Shown: one piece after another, positions 1 through 10,258 of the stretch | How positions within the stretch are numbered: the stretch's first letter is position 1 | Layout of the letters: every line of letters starts with the position of its first letter | Assembly (NCBI GenBank): GCA_019747815.1 | Contig: JAIEQJ010000056.1 | Span: 17,797-81,796 of the forward strand | Length of the DNA stretch: 64,000 nucleotides | Direction: 5' to 3' | Origin: Hyphomonadaceae bacterium | GTDB lineage: Bacteria > Pseudomonadota > Alphaproteobacteria > Rhizobiales > Hyphomicrobiaceae | Program-made: the position numbers and the translations under genes | Notes under the pieces: model-generated | The model's input: the letters and a program-made list of their open reading frames with translations, nothing else | Database searches by the model: none | Told to the model about the DNA's origin: nothing

Positions 1-1
1 G

Positions 2-415
2 GTTGGAATGGTGGGTGACGGCGTCAATGACGCCCCGGCGCTCACCCAGGCCGATGTCGGCTTTGCTATCGGTGCTGGCACGGACGTCGCCATCGAAAGC
101 GCCGACGTGGTGCTAATGAAGAGCGATCCTTACGACGTCGTCGGGGCTGTCGAGCTGTCACGCGCGACGCTGCGCAAGATGCATCAGAACCTCTGGTGGG
201 CGGTCGGCTACAACGTCATCGCTTTCCCCTTGGCTGCCGGTGTCTTCTACCCGTTCCTTCTGAGCCCGGAGATCGCTGCCCTCGCCATGTCCGGAAGCTC
301 GGCCCTGGTCGCCATCAATGCCCTGATGTTGAAGCGCACCAAGCTCGCCGGCATCACGCGCCACAGCAGCAGCGAATCGACAGCGCCGTTGCGCGTAGCG
401 GAGACGACGGCGTGA
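2..415 (+). CDS. heavy-metal P1B-type ATPase, C-terminal fragment (5' end outside the window)
   Basis: ORF is open to the window edge. It carries the hinge motif [11 protein letters not shown] and then the last two TM helices ([19 protein letters not shown]). Stop TGA at 413-415. Confidence 0.85.
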   Translation, partial: VGMVGDGVNDAPALTQADVGFAIGAGTDVAIESADVVLMKSDPYDVVGAVELSRATLRKMHQNLWWAVGYNVIAFPLAAGVFYPFLLSPEIAALAMSGSSALVAINALMLKRTKLAGITRHSSSESTAPLRVAETTA

Positions 416-1737
416 TCCAGGAAAGATACCGTGAGCCGCTATCGTGGCAGGCCCTGTCAGCCGTGCTGCTGGCGATGTTCGCCATCACCGTGGGCTACGG
501 TATCGTGCTGCCGATCCTGCCGTTCCTAATCGAACGGCTCGCCGGCACTGCGGATACGACGATATTGTCGCGCCACACCGGCCTGCTCACCGGAACCTAC
601 ATTCTTGCCATCTTCCTGTTCGCCCCGCTATGGGGCAGGGTTTCGGACCGGCGCGGACGGCGGCCCGTAATGCTGCTGGGACTGATCGGCTTTGCAACAA
701 CCGTGGGCCTGTTCGCCCTCGTCGAGCGCTTGCCACTGCTCTATTTGGGCCGTTTCCTCGACGGCGCCTTCGCGGCAGCCATCGCCCCCTCGGCCTACGC
801 GCTGGTCGGCGATCACGCCCCGTCGAAGGAATGGCGCGCCCATCGCTTCGCGCTGATCAATATTGCGGGCACAGTAGGTTTCTTTGTCGGACCGCTGCTC
901 GGCGGCCTGGTCTTGAGCGGCACTTCACTTTTCGCCGATGTGACCGACCCAGCATTTTCCGCGCCATTCTTTGCGACCTCGGTTCTCTCAGCTGTGGCTG
1001 CGTTGGCGGTCTGGGGCCTCACATCCGAGACCGCGCAGCGGCAGGGGCAAGCGACGGCCGAGAAGCGGTTTGAGCGGGCGGCTATATTGCGCCTATGGGT
1101 GATTGCGTTCGTGACAGCGCTGGCGGTCGGCGCATTCGAGGTCGGGCTGTCATTGCGTGGCAAGCTAATCCTTGGCATGGATGCCTATCAGATCGGCATG
1201 ATGTTTACTGAGTGCAGCCTGGTGATGTTCGTGGTCCAGGCGCTGGTGTTTTCGCCGCTCATCAACCCCGAACTCACGCGTCGGTTTATTACTCCAGGTC
1301 TTGCGTTGTTGGCCGTGGGCCTCGTGGTCGTTCCGCTCGTCAGCAGCTCCATCACCATGATCGTGGCGGTGGCATTGGTGGCAGCAAGCGCCGGGATCCT
1401 CTCCCCCATCGTGACCTATTGGGTGTCTCTCGGCGCCGGCAAGACCCAGGGAGCCGACCTCGGTCAGGTCACTGCCGCAGCCAGCCTCGGCCAAGCCATC
1501 GGCTCAGCCGCCGGCGGGTTGTTGTTCAATGTCGCCGTCTTGCCCAACGCCGGTTTTACCGTGGCTTCTCTCGTCGTCGCGGCTGGCCTCGTCGCCAGCT
1601 TGGGCTTGCCCCGCCTCCTCGGGCAGCCTTCGGCGGGGGCAGAGCCTCTCGCTCTGGTGCATCCGCCCTCATCAGCCGATTGCCTCGCCACCGAAGCGAC
1701 ACTCAAAGCTGGCAGACATCCGCACGAGCACCGCTAA
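412..1737 (+). CDS. MFS transporter (about 441 aa)
   Basis: Multi-TM protein with the MFS loop signature [11 protein letters not shown]. An in-frame GTG at 412 overlaps the ATPase stop (GTGA), suggesting translational coupling. The track ORF from 196 is an over-extension. Confidence 0.75.
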   Translation: MIQERYREPLSWQALSAVLLAMFAITVGYGIVLPILPFLIERLAGTADTTILSRHTGLLTGTYILAIFLFAPLWGRVSDRRGRRPVMLLGLIGFATTVGLFALVERLPLLYLGRFLDGAFAAAIAPSAYALVGDHAPSKEWRAHRFALINIAGTVGFFVGPLLGGLVLSGTSLFADVTDPAFSAPFFATSVLSAVAALAVWGLTSETAQRQGQATAEKRFERAAILRLWVIAFVTALAVGAFEVGLSLRGKLILGMDAYQIGMMFTECSLVMFVVQALVFSPLINPELTRRFITPGLALLAVGLVVVPLVSSSITMIVAVALVAASAGILSPIVTYWVSLGAGKTQGADLGQVTAAASLGQAIGSAAGGLLFNVAVLPNAGFTVASLVVAAGLVASLGLPRLLGQPSAGAEPLALVHPPSSADCLATEATLKAGRHPHEHR

Positions 1738-1944
1738 GGTGGTGCATCGCGCGGCCGCTGCGGTAGGTGGCCATTCGCACCAGGTGCACGAGCAGTGCGG
1801 CGAACTCAGCCGGTGAAGCCGTTAAGCGCACCGCCGGCAAAACCCGCCCCTGACATGCAGTGCAGAGGAACTTAAGGGTGTCTTTGTGCCCCCGCGCTTC
1901 AGTTGGCCTGCAGTGCGAAATTTGCGATGGGCGGCAGCGGACGG

Positions 1945-2637
1945 TCACTCGCCAAAGAGAAGCGTCCGGACCACCCGGTTGTCGTTGACGGTGCGGACGC
2001 CGTCAGTTTGCTCGACCGCAACGCGAACCGCCATCTTCTGGGCGTCCGACTCGACCAAGCCCCAAAGTTCGACCGTGCCGTCATGAACGATGATGTTGAT
2101 GGGCCAGGTTCCCGTCCAACTCTGCGCCTTCAGGCGCGCCGTCACGTTTTCGCGGATGGTGGAGTCATTCGTCGTGGTGGCCGCTGAAATGTCGCGGCGG
2201 ACGCTCGCCAGCGCCTGCAGCAGATTGGCGCGGCTGACAATGCCGACGACATTGCCATTCTTGATGATTGGGACCCGTTTGATGGCGTTCCTTTCAAGCA
2301 GCGCCGCGATCTCAGCCAGCGGTGTGTCTGGCTCCGCCGTGATAACTTTGCGTGTCATGACATCGCTAATCTTGTCCGAGTGCAATCGCACAAACTCAGC
2401 GGCCGACATCTCGCTCGACGTGAACAGTTCGAGCCACCAAGACCGGTGCCGCTCGGTGTCGCCTTCGGTGCGCCGCATCAGATCGCCCTCACTGACGATC
2501 CCCATCAGTTCACCACTCTGGCCGACGACGGGAACCGCGCTGATGTGACGGGCGAGCAGAATATCGGCAACCTCTCGCACGCTCGTCTCTGGGCCAACGC
2601 TTACGACGTTTGTCGTCATGACATCGACGGCTTTCAT
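1945..2637 (-). CDS. CBS-pair + BON domain protein
   Basis: Two CBS repeats (VMTTNVVSV...HISAVPVV; VMTRKVITA...IKRVPII). C-terminal BON-like segment (TVELWGLVESDAQKMAVRVAVEQTDGVRTV). Confidence 0.8.
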   Translation of the reverse strand: MKAVDVMTTNVVSVGPETSVREVADILLARHISAVPVVGQSGELMGIVSEGDLMRRTEGDTERHRSWWLELFTSSEMSAAEFVRLHSDKISDVMTRKVITAEPDTPLAEIAALLERNAIKRVPIIKNGNVVGIVSRANLLQALASVRRDISAATTTNDSTIRENVTARLKAQSWTGTWPINIIVHDGTVELWGLVESDAQKMAVRVAVEQTDGVRTVNDNRVVRTLLFGE

Positions 2638-2743
2638 GACTAGCGCGCTCCTAAATGGGCGGGTTTACCGTTGCTGACGGCGACACCTGCTTTCTGCTTT
2701 CAATAGACAACTGCAACGCTAGCCTGGTCGCGCGGGATGTTGC

Positions 2744-2757
2744 TTGATTCAGGTCAA
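2744..2757. promoter_or_regulatory. Fnr/FixK-type box TTGATTCAGGTCAA
   Basis: Perfect TTGAY-N4-RTCAA palindrome in the divergent intergenic region between the CBS-BON gene (ATG 2637) and the archaeal-type MAT gene (ATG 2915). Confidence 0.6.
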
Positions 2758-2914
2758 TGCAAGCTCATCGTGGGTTGGACCTAAATGGCATTTCAAGGCC
2801 ACCACAAGTCCGTCACGTGTCCGCGTCGATGCTGATCTACGGGCTCGACAGGCCTCTGATCTCGGCGCCGACGGTGTGGCTCTTGTGCGCTAAACTGGCA
2901 GGAGGCGTTCGCGC

Positions 2915-4111
2915 ATGGAGTTCCTTGTCCTATCCCGCCTCGACGGTGCCGATAGCGCTGTTGAGGTCGTCGAACGCAAGGGCCTTGGCCATCCCGATAC
3001 CATTTGCGACGCGCTTGCGGAGACGCTGTCGCGTAATCTTTGCCGCGCATACCGGCACCGGTTCGGAGAAATCCTGCATCACAATGTCGACAAGGCGCTT
3101 CTGTGTGGCGGGCGCGCCGCGCCAGCCTTCGGCGGCGGCTCAGTGCTTGCTCCCATCACTGTCTATCTGGCCGGAAGGGCGACAACCGAGGTGGGCAACG
3201 CCAGCATTGATATCAGGGAAATCGCCATTGAAGGATCGCAGTCTTGGGTACGCGCCAATCTGCACGCTTTAGATGCCGAGCGCGACGTGCAGTTTCAGGT
3301 GCTGACGGAACCCGGATCACAGGATTTGCAAGAGCTGTTCGCGCGTCGGCCTCTGCAGCGAGTTGCCCTTGCCAATGACACCTCGATTGGAGTCGGTTAC
3401 GCCCCGCTCAGTCCCCTGGAGCGTCTGGTCCTGAGCGCGGAAAAACGCATCAATGGCCGAGACCGTCAGCACGACCGCCCAGCGTGGGGCGAGGACATGA
3501 AGGTCATGGGCCTGCGCAGCGGCAGCATGGTCCACCTCACCGTGGCATGCGCCATGATCGGACGTTATCTAGCTCATATTGACGATTATCTTGGCGAAAA
3601 GGCCGCCATCGAAAAAACGATCGTGGAACTTGCCACAGAGCACGGCTTTTCAAGATGCGAGGTCAAAGTCAACGCTGCCGATGACGCATCTGCAGGAAAG
3701 ATCTATCTGACCGTCACGGGCACATCCGCCGAGGCGGGCGACGACGGTCAAGTCGGTCGAGGCAACAGGATCAACGGTTTGATCACACCTTGTCGGCCGA
3801 TGAGCCTGGAGGCCGCTGCGGGCAAGAATCCCGTCACCCATGTGGGCAAGATCTACAATGTCCTCGCGGGCCAACTGGCCGAGACGCTGGTCGCCAGCAT
3901 CCCCGAAATCACCGCGGCGCACTGCCTGATGGCCAGTCGTATTGGCAGCCCGATCACGAGTCCAGCGGTGCTTGAAGTCAAGCTCGCGACTCGAGAAGGA
4001 TGCCCAGTGGACTTACTCAAGGGACGCGTCGATGATATTGCGGCGAAGTGTCTTGCCCGGGTGCCGAATCTGGTCGACGATTTTGTTACTGGGTCGATCG
4101 GCGTCTACTGA
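2915..4111 (+). CDS. archaeal-type S-adenosylmethionine synthetase (methionine adenosyltransferase, PF01941-like)
   Basis: [99 protein letters not shown]. These align block for block with my recollection of Methanocaldococcus MAT. Confidence 0.9.
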   Translation: MEFLVLSRLDGADSAVEVVERKGLGHPDTICDALAETLSRNLCRAYRHRFGEILHHNVDKALLCGGRAAPAFGGGSVLAPITVYLAGRATTEVGNASIDIREIAIEGSQSWVRANLHALDAERDVQFQVLTEPGSQDLQELFARRPLQRVALANDTSIGVGYAPLSPLERLVLSAEKRINGRDRQHDRPAWGEDMKVMGLRSGSMVHLTVACAMIGRYLAHIDDYLGEKAAIEKTIVELATEHGFSRCEVKVNAADDASAGKIYLTVTGTSAEAGDDGQVGRGNRINGLITPCRPMSLEAAAGKNPVTHVGKIYNVLAGQLAETLVASIPEITAAHCLMASRIGSPITSPAVLEVKLATREGCPVDLLKGRVDDIAAKCLARVPNLVDDFVTGSIGVY

Positions 4112-4150
4112 ACTGCCGGCCAGCGCATCGACATCGGACGCAAAAAACAC

Positions 4151-4165
4151 TGCTGCTGCTGCTGC
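4151..4165. repeat. (TGC)5 trinucleotide microsatellite
   Basis: tgctgctgctgctgc, directly downstream of the MAT stop. Confidence 0.9.
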
Positions 4166-4735
4166 AGAAAGTGGCAAGCCTCCCCCCTGCGTCGTGGTGT
4201 ACAATGATCGCGTGTGCAACGGGACGCTGCCTGCATCCTATCGTGCCTGCCCCAACGCGGCCGCCAGCCCGGACGTGTGCGCTCGCGAACCGCTTGGCCA
4301 CCTCCGCGACAGCGGGACAAGCGAAACACCAGGCCGGCAATCGTCCCCATATCATCAGAGGTATTCTGACAAAGCCAAAGTCCTTCCCATCGATGAGACG
4401 ATGAGGGTGAAGGCTGCATGCGAGCTTGCAACGAGCATCGACTCGCGCGACCCACACCAGAGGTGCGTGCGTATGGATGACGAAGATCGCCAGGACCGGT
4501 CGCCGCTCAGCCCAAATCGAAAGTGCGAAAGCTTCTGGACACTTACCGAAGGCGACACGGTGCTGATCGGTGATGAGCAGGATGAAATGGAGCGCTTGCT
4601 CTGGACACGAAATTGCGGTACCGCGACGAGCGTCGATTCCTGGGCCGCCGTCTCGACGAAAGCCTTGCGCAGCGCGCCGCGATTCGGTCTGCCGCACTGG
4701 GAATGCGGGCACGGGATGGTGCGTTTTAACTCCTT

Positions 4736-5188
4736 CTATTTTTCTAGCTTGTTCAGTTTTGCTTTCATTTGATTGATCTCCGATCGCTGACTAGAAATAA
4801 TATTCCTGCATAAATCTTTAAGTTCGACATCTTTGAGAGGCGCATTTTCACACATCAGAATAGCCCCAGCGTGGTGCGGAATCATTGATCTCAGAAATTG
4901 TGAATCTGCGACAGCTGTTTGCTGGCGGATCAGCACGAAAAACCCTCCCAGCGCAAGAATGCTGGCGGCGACAATCATAAGATTGGCCCTCTTGCTTTCG
5001 TACATTGCCCACATCAGCAGAATCTCAATGATCACCATCGGGGCCGTCATCAGCCCTGCCATATAGAATTGATTAATATTCGAATACACGTTCGAAAATG
5101 TGTCCACCATCGCATACATGAAAACGTACATTGATATGAACGACAATACAGTCATCATGAGAAGACGAACGTAATGACTGGTGTGCAT
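4736..5188 (-). CDS. membrane-anchored DUF305-like protein (150 aa)
   Basis: Internal ATG at 5188 (MHTSHYVRLL). N-terminal TM helices, then the DUF305 signature FLRSMIPHHAGAILMC. GC content is markedly lower than the flanks. The track ORF to 5440 is an over-extension. Confidence 0.75.
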   Translation of the reverse strand: MHTSHYVRLLMMTVLSFISMYVFMYAMVDTFSNVYSNINQFYMAGLMTAPMVIIEILLMWAMYESKRANLMIVAASILALGGFFVLIRQQTAVADSQFLRSMIPHHAGAILMCENAPLKDVELKDLCRNIISSQRSEINQMKAKLNKLEK

Positions 5189-5458
5189 CGCCCGTTCCCT
5201 TTGCCTTAGAAAACCGTACAGCGCGCCCGGAGGGGAGCTAAGTCGACATTCCCCATATGACCAGGCAGGTGGACATGAACGATAGCACTCTGCCGGGGCT
5301 ACGCGGAAGCCAAATGGCCGGGTCAAACTTGAACCGAGGAGTGTCCGATTCCGATTCGCCCCTTGCGTGCGCCATGATCGCCCTGAGCTGGACACGGTCA
5401 GCCCGCACACGCCGCTCAGCACACCAAGAGAGATGAGCACCGGGTCGAGGATTGCGCC

Positions 5459-6643
5459 TCAAGGCCGCTCAAGCGCCAGTGCGATGCCCTGGCCGCCACC
5501 AATGCACAAGGTCACGAGGCCACGTCGTATGCCGTCGCGACTCATTGAATGCAGCAGCCGCGTCGTCAGAACTGCGCCGGTCGCGCCGATCGGGTGGCCG
5601 TGAGCGATGGCTCCGCCTTCGATGTTGACGATATCCTCCGGCACGCCAAGCTCCTGCATGAGCGCAATGACGATAGCTGCAAAAGCCTCGTTGATTTCGA
5701 TGCGCTCGAGGTCACCGATGCGCCAGCCGGCGCGCTCGAGCGCTTGACGGACCGCCGGAACGGGGCCCAACCCGAACATCCCCGGCTCTACGGCACCGAC
5801 GCCATAAGATACCAACCGCGCGGCTGGGACCAATCCGCGCTTGGCGGCCCATTTGCCGTCAGCGACGATCATGGCAGCCGCCCCGCTGTTTAGTCCCGGC
5901 GCGTTACCGGCCGTAATGGTGCCGTCCTTGCGAAACGCAGGCTTCAGTTTTGCCAGAGACTCTCTTGTGGTTTCGGGGCGGTTGTGCTCGTCGGTCTTGA
6001 ACACGGTGGGCCCTTTTGGACCCGGAACTTCCAGTGAGACGATCTCGGGATCGAAGCGGCAGGCGGCCTGTGCCTCGCCAAACCGCTTCTGCGTCCGCAA
6101 GGCCCAGGCATCCTGGGTTTCGCGCGCGATCTGGAATTTTGCCACCAGATCCTCGGTGTGCCAACCCGAGTGCTGCCCGGAGAAAGCGTCGTTCAAGCCA
6201 TCGCGCAGCATGCTGTCGTAGATCTGTGCATCGCCCATGCGATAGCCCCAGCGGCCGCCCGCCATCACGTACGGTGCCTGATCCATGTTCTCCATGCCGC
6301 CGGCCACGACGCAGGCGGCGTGTCCCAGCATGACCTCCTGCGCCGCGGACACGATCGCCTGTGCGCCGGAGCCGCACACCCGGTTCACGGTCATGGCCGG
6401 CACGCTGACGGGGATTCCCGCTGCGATCATCGCTTGACGCGCGGGGTTCATCTTCGCGCCGGCTTGGATGACCTGGCCCATGACGACCGTGTCGACATCC
6501 GAGCCCTGCAGGCCGGCCCGCTCCATGGTCGCGCGGATGGCGGCGGCACCGAGCTGTGAGGCGGGCATCCCTTTTAGTGTTCCGGAATAGGTGCCGAGTG
6601 CAGTGCGCACCGGGGCGCAGACGACGACGTCGGATTTGGCCAT
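5459..6643 (-). CDS. acetyl-CoA C-acetyltransferase (thiolase II)
   Basis: Thiolase signatures VNRVCGSGAQAI, GGAIAHGHPIGATG and LCIGGGQGIA. 394 aa. Confidence 0.92.
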   Translation of the reverse strand: MAKSDVVVCAPVRTALGTYSGTLKGMPASQLGAAAIRATMERAGLQGSDVDTVVMGQVIQAGAKMNPARQAMIAAGIPVSVPAMTVNRVCGSGAQAIVSAAQEVMLGHAACVVAGGMENMDQAPYVMAGGRWGYRMGDAQIYDSMLRDGLNDAFSGQHSGWHTEDLVAKFQIARETQDAWALRTQKRFGEAQAACRFDPEIVSLEVPGPKGPTVFKTDEHNRPETTRESLAKLKPAFRKDGTITAGNAPGLNSGAAAMIVADGKWAAKRGLVPAARLVSYGVGAVEPGMFGLGPVPAVRQALERAGWRIGDLERIEINEAFAAIVIALMQELGVPEDIVNIEGGAIAHGHPIGATGAVLTTRLLHSMSRDGIRRGLVTLCIGGGQGIALALERP

Positions 6644-6726
6644 GGAGAGTCCTTTCGTTCACGAGTTGCGCCGGGCCGAGGTCATGCGACGCACATATTC
6701 TCACCTCGAGCCAACACGGCAGCTCT

Positions 6727-7380
6727 TTAGGCAGCAGGCTGGCGGAGACGATTGAGCCGCGGGACGAAGGCGGGCACGCGTGCCATGTATCCGGCATACG
6801 CCTCGCCAAAAGCCGAAAGTGCCTCGCGCTCTTCCTGCCGGGCCAGGCGGACATACATCCACACCAGCACAGGAAACATCGCCAGCGTCAGAATGGTCGG
6901 CCATTGCAGCAGAAAGCCGAACATCACCAGCACGAAGCCGACATACTGCGGATGGCGCACATAACTGTAGGGCCCTATCGTTGCCAGCTGTCGACGTTGC
7001 TGGGCCTCATAGAGGGCCTTCCAAGCCGCAGAAATGACGACGAAGCCGCCGCCAATGAAGATGAAGCTCAGCAGATGGAACGGCCCAAAATGGGGGTTGG
7101 CTCTCCAGCCAAACAACTCCTCGAGAAGATGCCCGGCGTCATGCGAGAACCAGTCGATAGTGGGGTAGCGCGTCTGCAGCCAGCCCGACAAAAAGTAGAT
7201 GGTGAGCGGAAAGCCGTACATTTCGGTGAAGAGAGCGACCAGGAAGGCGCTGAAAGCGCCGAAGGAGCGCCAATCGCGACTCGTCTGTGGCTTGAAGAAG
7301 CTGTACGCAAACGCGATGAAGATCACCGAGTTGATGATGACCAGGCTCCACAGCCCATAGGCTGGCGCTTCAGTGCTCAT
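6727..7380 (-). CDS. ICMT/PEMT-family membrane methyltransferase, copy 1 (217 aa)
   Basis: Start at ATG 7380 (MSTEAPAYGLW). Multi-TM with the GPYSYVRHPQYVGFVLVMFG signature. Overlaps the upstream DUF2933 gene by 11 nt. Confidence 0.8.
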   Translation of the reverse strand: MSTEAPAYGLWSLVIINSVIFIAFAYSFFKPQTSRDWRSFGAFSAFLVALFTEMYGFPLTIYFLSGWLQTRYPTIDWFSHDAGHLLEELFGWRANPHFGPFHLLSFIFIGGGFVVISAAWKALYEAQQRRQLATIGPYSYVRHPQYVGFVLVMFGFLLQWPTILTLAMFPVLVWMYVRLARQEEREALSAFGEAYAGYMARVPAFVPRLNRLRQPAA

Positions 7381-7645
7381 GTGCGGTCTCCTTTGTGATT
7401 TGCCGACGACCCTGGCCGCCGGTGACGTCATCGGTGTGCCCCTCGTGCCGGCCATGCATGAAGATGTGCAACAGAGGGCAGGCCAGTATCAGAAGCCAAA
7501 AAAGGGCCCCCAACGCGTGGGCGCGGTGCTCAGTGGTCAGAAGCACGCCGACAATGGCGAGGAAGGCGATAAGGACGAAGCCCGCGCGCGATGTCAGAAA
7601 GCTGCCCTGACGCACATTCCGGTCTATGGGGTCATGATCGGCCAT
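7370..7645 (-). CDS. DUF2933-like small membrane protein, copy 1 (91 aa)
   Basis: Start at ATG 7645 (MADHDPID). Signature EHRAHALGALFWLLILACPLLHIFMHGRHEGH. Confidence 0.75.
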   Translation of the reverse strand: MADHDPIDRNVRQGSFLTSRAGFVLIAFLAIVGVLLTTEHRAHALGALFWLLILACPLLHIFMHGRHEGHTDDVTGGQGRRQITKETAHEH

Positions 7646-7754
7646 GCGGCCCTCCTCCTTCGGCGGCGGCGAACGGCCGTGATGCCACTCACGACTTCCT
7701 GCCACTCCACTCTGCGATCGGCTCAATGACTATCATCCGACTTTCTCGGCGCAA

Positions 7755-7768
7755 TTGATCTCAATCAA
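7755..7768. promoter_or_regulatory. Fnr/FixK-type box TTGATCTCAATCAA
   Basis: Perfect palindrome centred about 116 nt upstream of the DUF2933 copy 1 ATG (7645). Confidence 0.6.
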
Positions 7769-8158
7769 ACGTAGTTGGATCGCTACGTGGACCGGCCACC
7801 GACAGAGCTCGACGCCTGCGGACAGCCTGAGGGCCAATAGCAAGCCAGGATGCGAAGGCCCGTACCCACAATGTGGTTGACGTGGTTTTGGGCCACGCCG
7901 GGAGCGCCTAACAGCACTAATGAAGATCGCAGCCAGCAAGCTCTTCGCGGTGCTCACAGCATCCCAACGGCACAAGGCCGAACGGCTGTCGCCGCTACGC
8001 TGCATACCCGTGATGGCGCGCGCCTGACCGAGAAGAGATTGGCCCGACGAACAGCTGAGGCGAGAAGTGTTCTCGACGCGCACGAACTTGCACTACAGAC
8101 ACGACCCCTGTCGTCCTGGGCAAGGACGCCTGTCAGTGCGCCGCCGCAATGCCCCGCC

Positions 8159-9780
8159 CTAGTGCATCATGGTCCTGAACGCGTCGAACACCACGCGCGG
8201 GTCGTACTGGCCCTTATAAAGAGGAGAGACTTCCTTATCGATGCCGAGCACCGAGTAGGCGGCCGTCTGCGCCGATCTGACTGAGTACTCCACGGTGAAG
8301 ACAACATCGTCGGGCATTTCGCAGAATTGGCCGATAAACGCGAAATTGCTGGTACCCACTGGTCTCACCAGCGGTCGATCACCCATCACTCTCGGCATGA
8401 ACTGGCTGGTGATGAACGGCATCATGCACGGGATGCAGTTCGACGTCTCGAGGATCAGGCCCTGGTGCTCGTTGAAACCAAGCTGGCCGCAGACCTCGGT
8501 CAGGATCTCTTTGCCCGTGCACTCGGACATTTTCTTCTCGACATGGTTGCCTTTTTCGTCGGGGAACAACCCGTAGCCCCAGAAGACATGAACGTCCTTC
8601 GGCTGATTGATGAAATGGGGCTGATGCGCCAAGACGATGGACATCAACCAATTGGAGTCGGTGAATGTGACCAGGCCGCCCGTGCCGGCCTCGTTGCCGG
8701 TGAACGCCTCCATCAGATTGAAGAAGGTCGGATCGCGCAAGGTGACTGTGAAAGAGAGCCACTTCGCCTCGTCGATATTGCCTTCGAATACCGATGGGCG
8801 GCCGAAATCGGTATGCTTTTTCGCCAGCGTTTCCCAAAGCGCCCAGGAGCCACCAACGTCCTTCGAACCCAAGCCCGGCGCCGAGGTCATCGAGCCCAAG
8901 CTCGAGGCGGCCGTCATCGACCCGTTGGTGACGAATACGAGATCACCCGACTCCACGTCGAGCTTGGTGCTGGTCTTGTCGCGCACGTAGTGGATGCGTT
9001 CCACACATTTGCCGTTTGGGTGTGCTTGAAGTCGAGGTCCGTGACCTGGCTGTTCATCAGAAACTGCACGCCTTGGCCCTCGAGCCACCGGGTGACGGGC
9101 AGAACGATCGAGTCGTACTGATTGTAGGGAGTGCGCCTGACCCCGGCCAATGTCGCAAAGCGGGGAAACTCTTGAATGAAGCGATGCAGGTATCTTTTGC
9201 ATTCGACAGCGCTGTGCCAGGGCTGGAAGGCGAACGTGGTGCACCACATGTACCAGAAATTCGTCTTGAAGAACGATGGGTTGAAGTGGTCCTGGATGCG
9301 CCTTGCACCCAGCATCGATTCGGGAGCCGCCATAAGCTCGATCAACTCCAATCGGTCCCGATTGCTCAGCCCCAAGCTCGAGACGTCAAGTTTTTTACCC
9401 TTGCGCAGCAAGCGCGCTCTGGAATGACCTTTGATCTCGTCATTGAAAGCATACACCTCATCGCTGACACTTTTTTCGGGGTTGCTCAGCGAGGGAATGA
9501 AGCTCAGCAGATCGAACAGGCACGTGTACGCCTCATAGGTGAACATGCGCCCGCCACGAATGACGTAACCTCGCTCGGCCGCGCCTTCGCCGTCCAAGCT
9601 GCCGCCGGCCGTGCCGCCTTCCTCGAAGACAGTGATGTTCTTGCCGAGTAAGCCACCGTCCCTAATCAGGTACGCGGCGGCTGCAAGCGACGCGATACCA
9701 CTGCCGACCAGGTAAGCTTTCGTGCTCTCCCGACCGCCCTGCGGGGCACCGTTGGCGGCATTGGTTCTGGCGCGGACCAT
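8159..9780 (-). pseudogene. ohyA: oleate hydratase (MCRA family) split by a 1-nt frameshift
   Basis: ORF 8914-9780 encodes the N-terminal FAD part (KAYLVGSGIASLAAAAYLIRDG...GGSLDG...GYVIRGGRMF). ORF 8159-9247 encodes the rest (...FTVEYSVRSAQTAAYSVLG). Homology switches frame at the CCCAAA run (plus-strand TTTGGG, 9015-9020). Confidence 0.8.
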
Positions 9781-9848
9781 GGAACCACTCCTTCTGTCGC
9801 GTGGGGAACGAGATATTTGGCTTTGTAGACACGCACGACGCTTCCGCT

Positions 9849-9862
9849 TTGACCTGGGTCAA
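9849..9862. promoter_or_regulatory. Fnr/FixK-type box TTGACCTGGGTCAA
   Basis: Perfect palindrome centred about 75 nt upstream of the ohyA ATG (9780). Confidence 0.55.
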
Positions 9863-9999
9863 ACACTGGCACACCTGTATTGGGCACGCCTCAGCGCGAA
9901 GCGCCGTCACCATCCGCCTGCTCGGCTGCACTCAACGTTTCGGTTTCATTCAGCAAGTGTTGGTTGATTGCGAACTTCGCCCGGCCTGCAGCTTCCGCG

Positions 10000-10104
10000 T
10001 CATGATTTGCGCAACAGCAGAATGGCCACAACGGCGATCGCCGCAACGAACAACAGCGGATAGGCGATGTGCATGGGCCCCGGCCACCATGGCCACTCGC
10101 TCAT
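10000..10104 (-). CDS. possible 34-aa single-TM peptide
   Basis: ATG at 10104 (MSEWPWWPGPMHIAYPLLFVAAIAVVAILLLRKS). Last ORF of the minus-strand string. No family recognised. Confidence 0.3.
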   Translation of the reverse strand: MSEWPWWPGPMHIAYPLLFVAAIAVVAILLLRKS

Positions 10105-10258
10105 ATGAAACCCGCCGTGATGGGCGACCGGGACCGTAGGCAGCCAAGCGAGGGCATCCGAAAATAAATCAGAGCGAAAGCCGAGGCTCGAGATTGTCAC
10201 GATGTTCTCCCTCTCACATGGCGATCAACGGGCGCCACCAAGCGGGCCCCGTCGAGGA

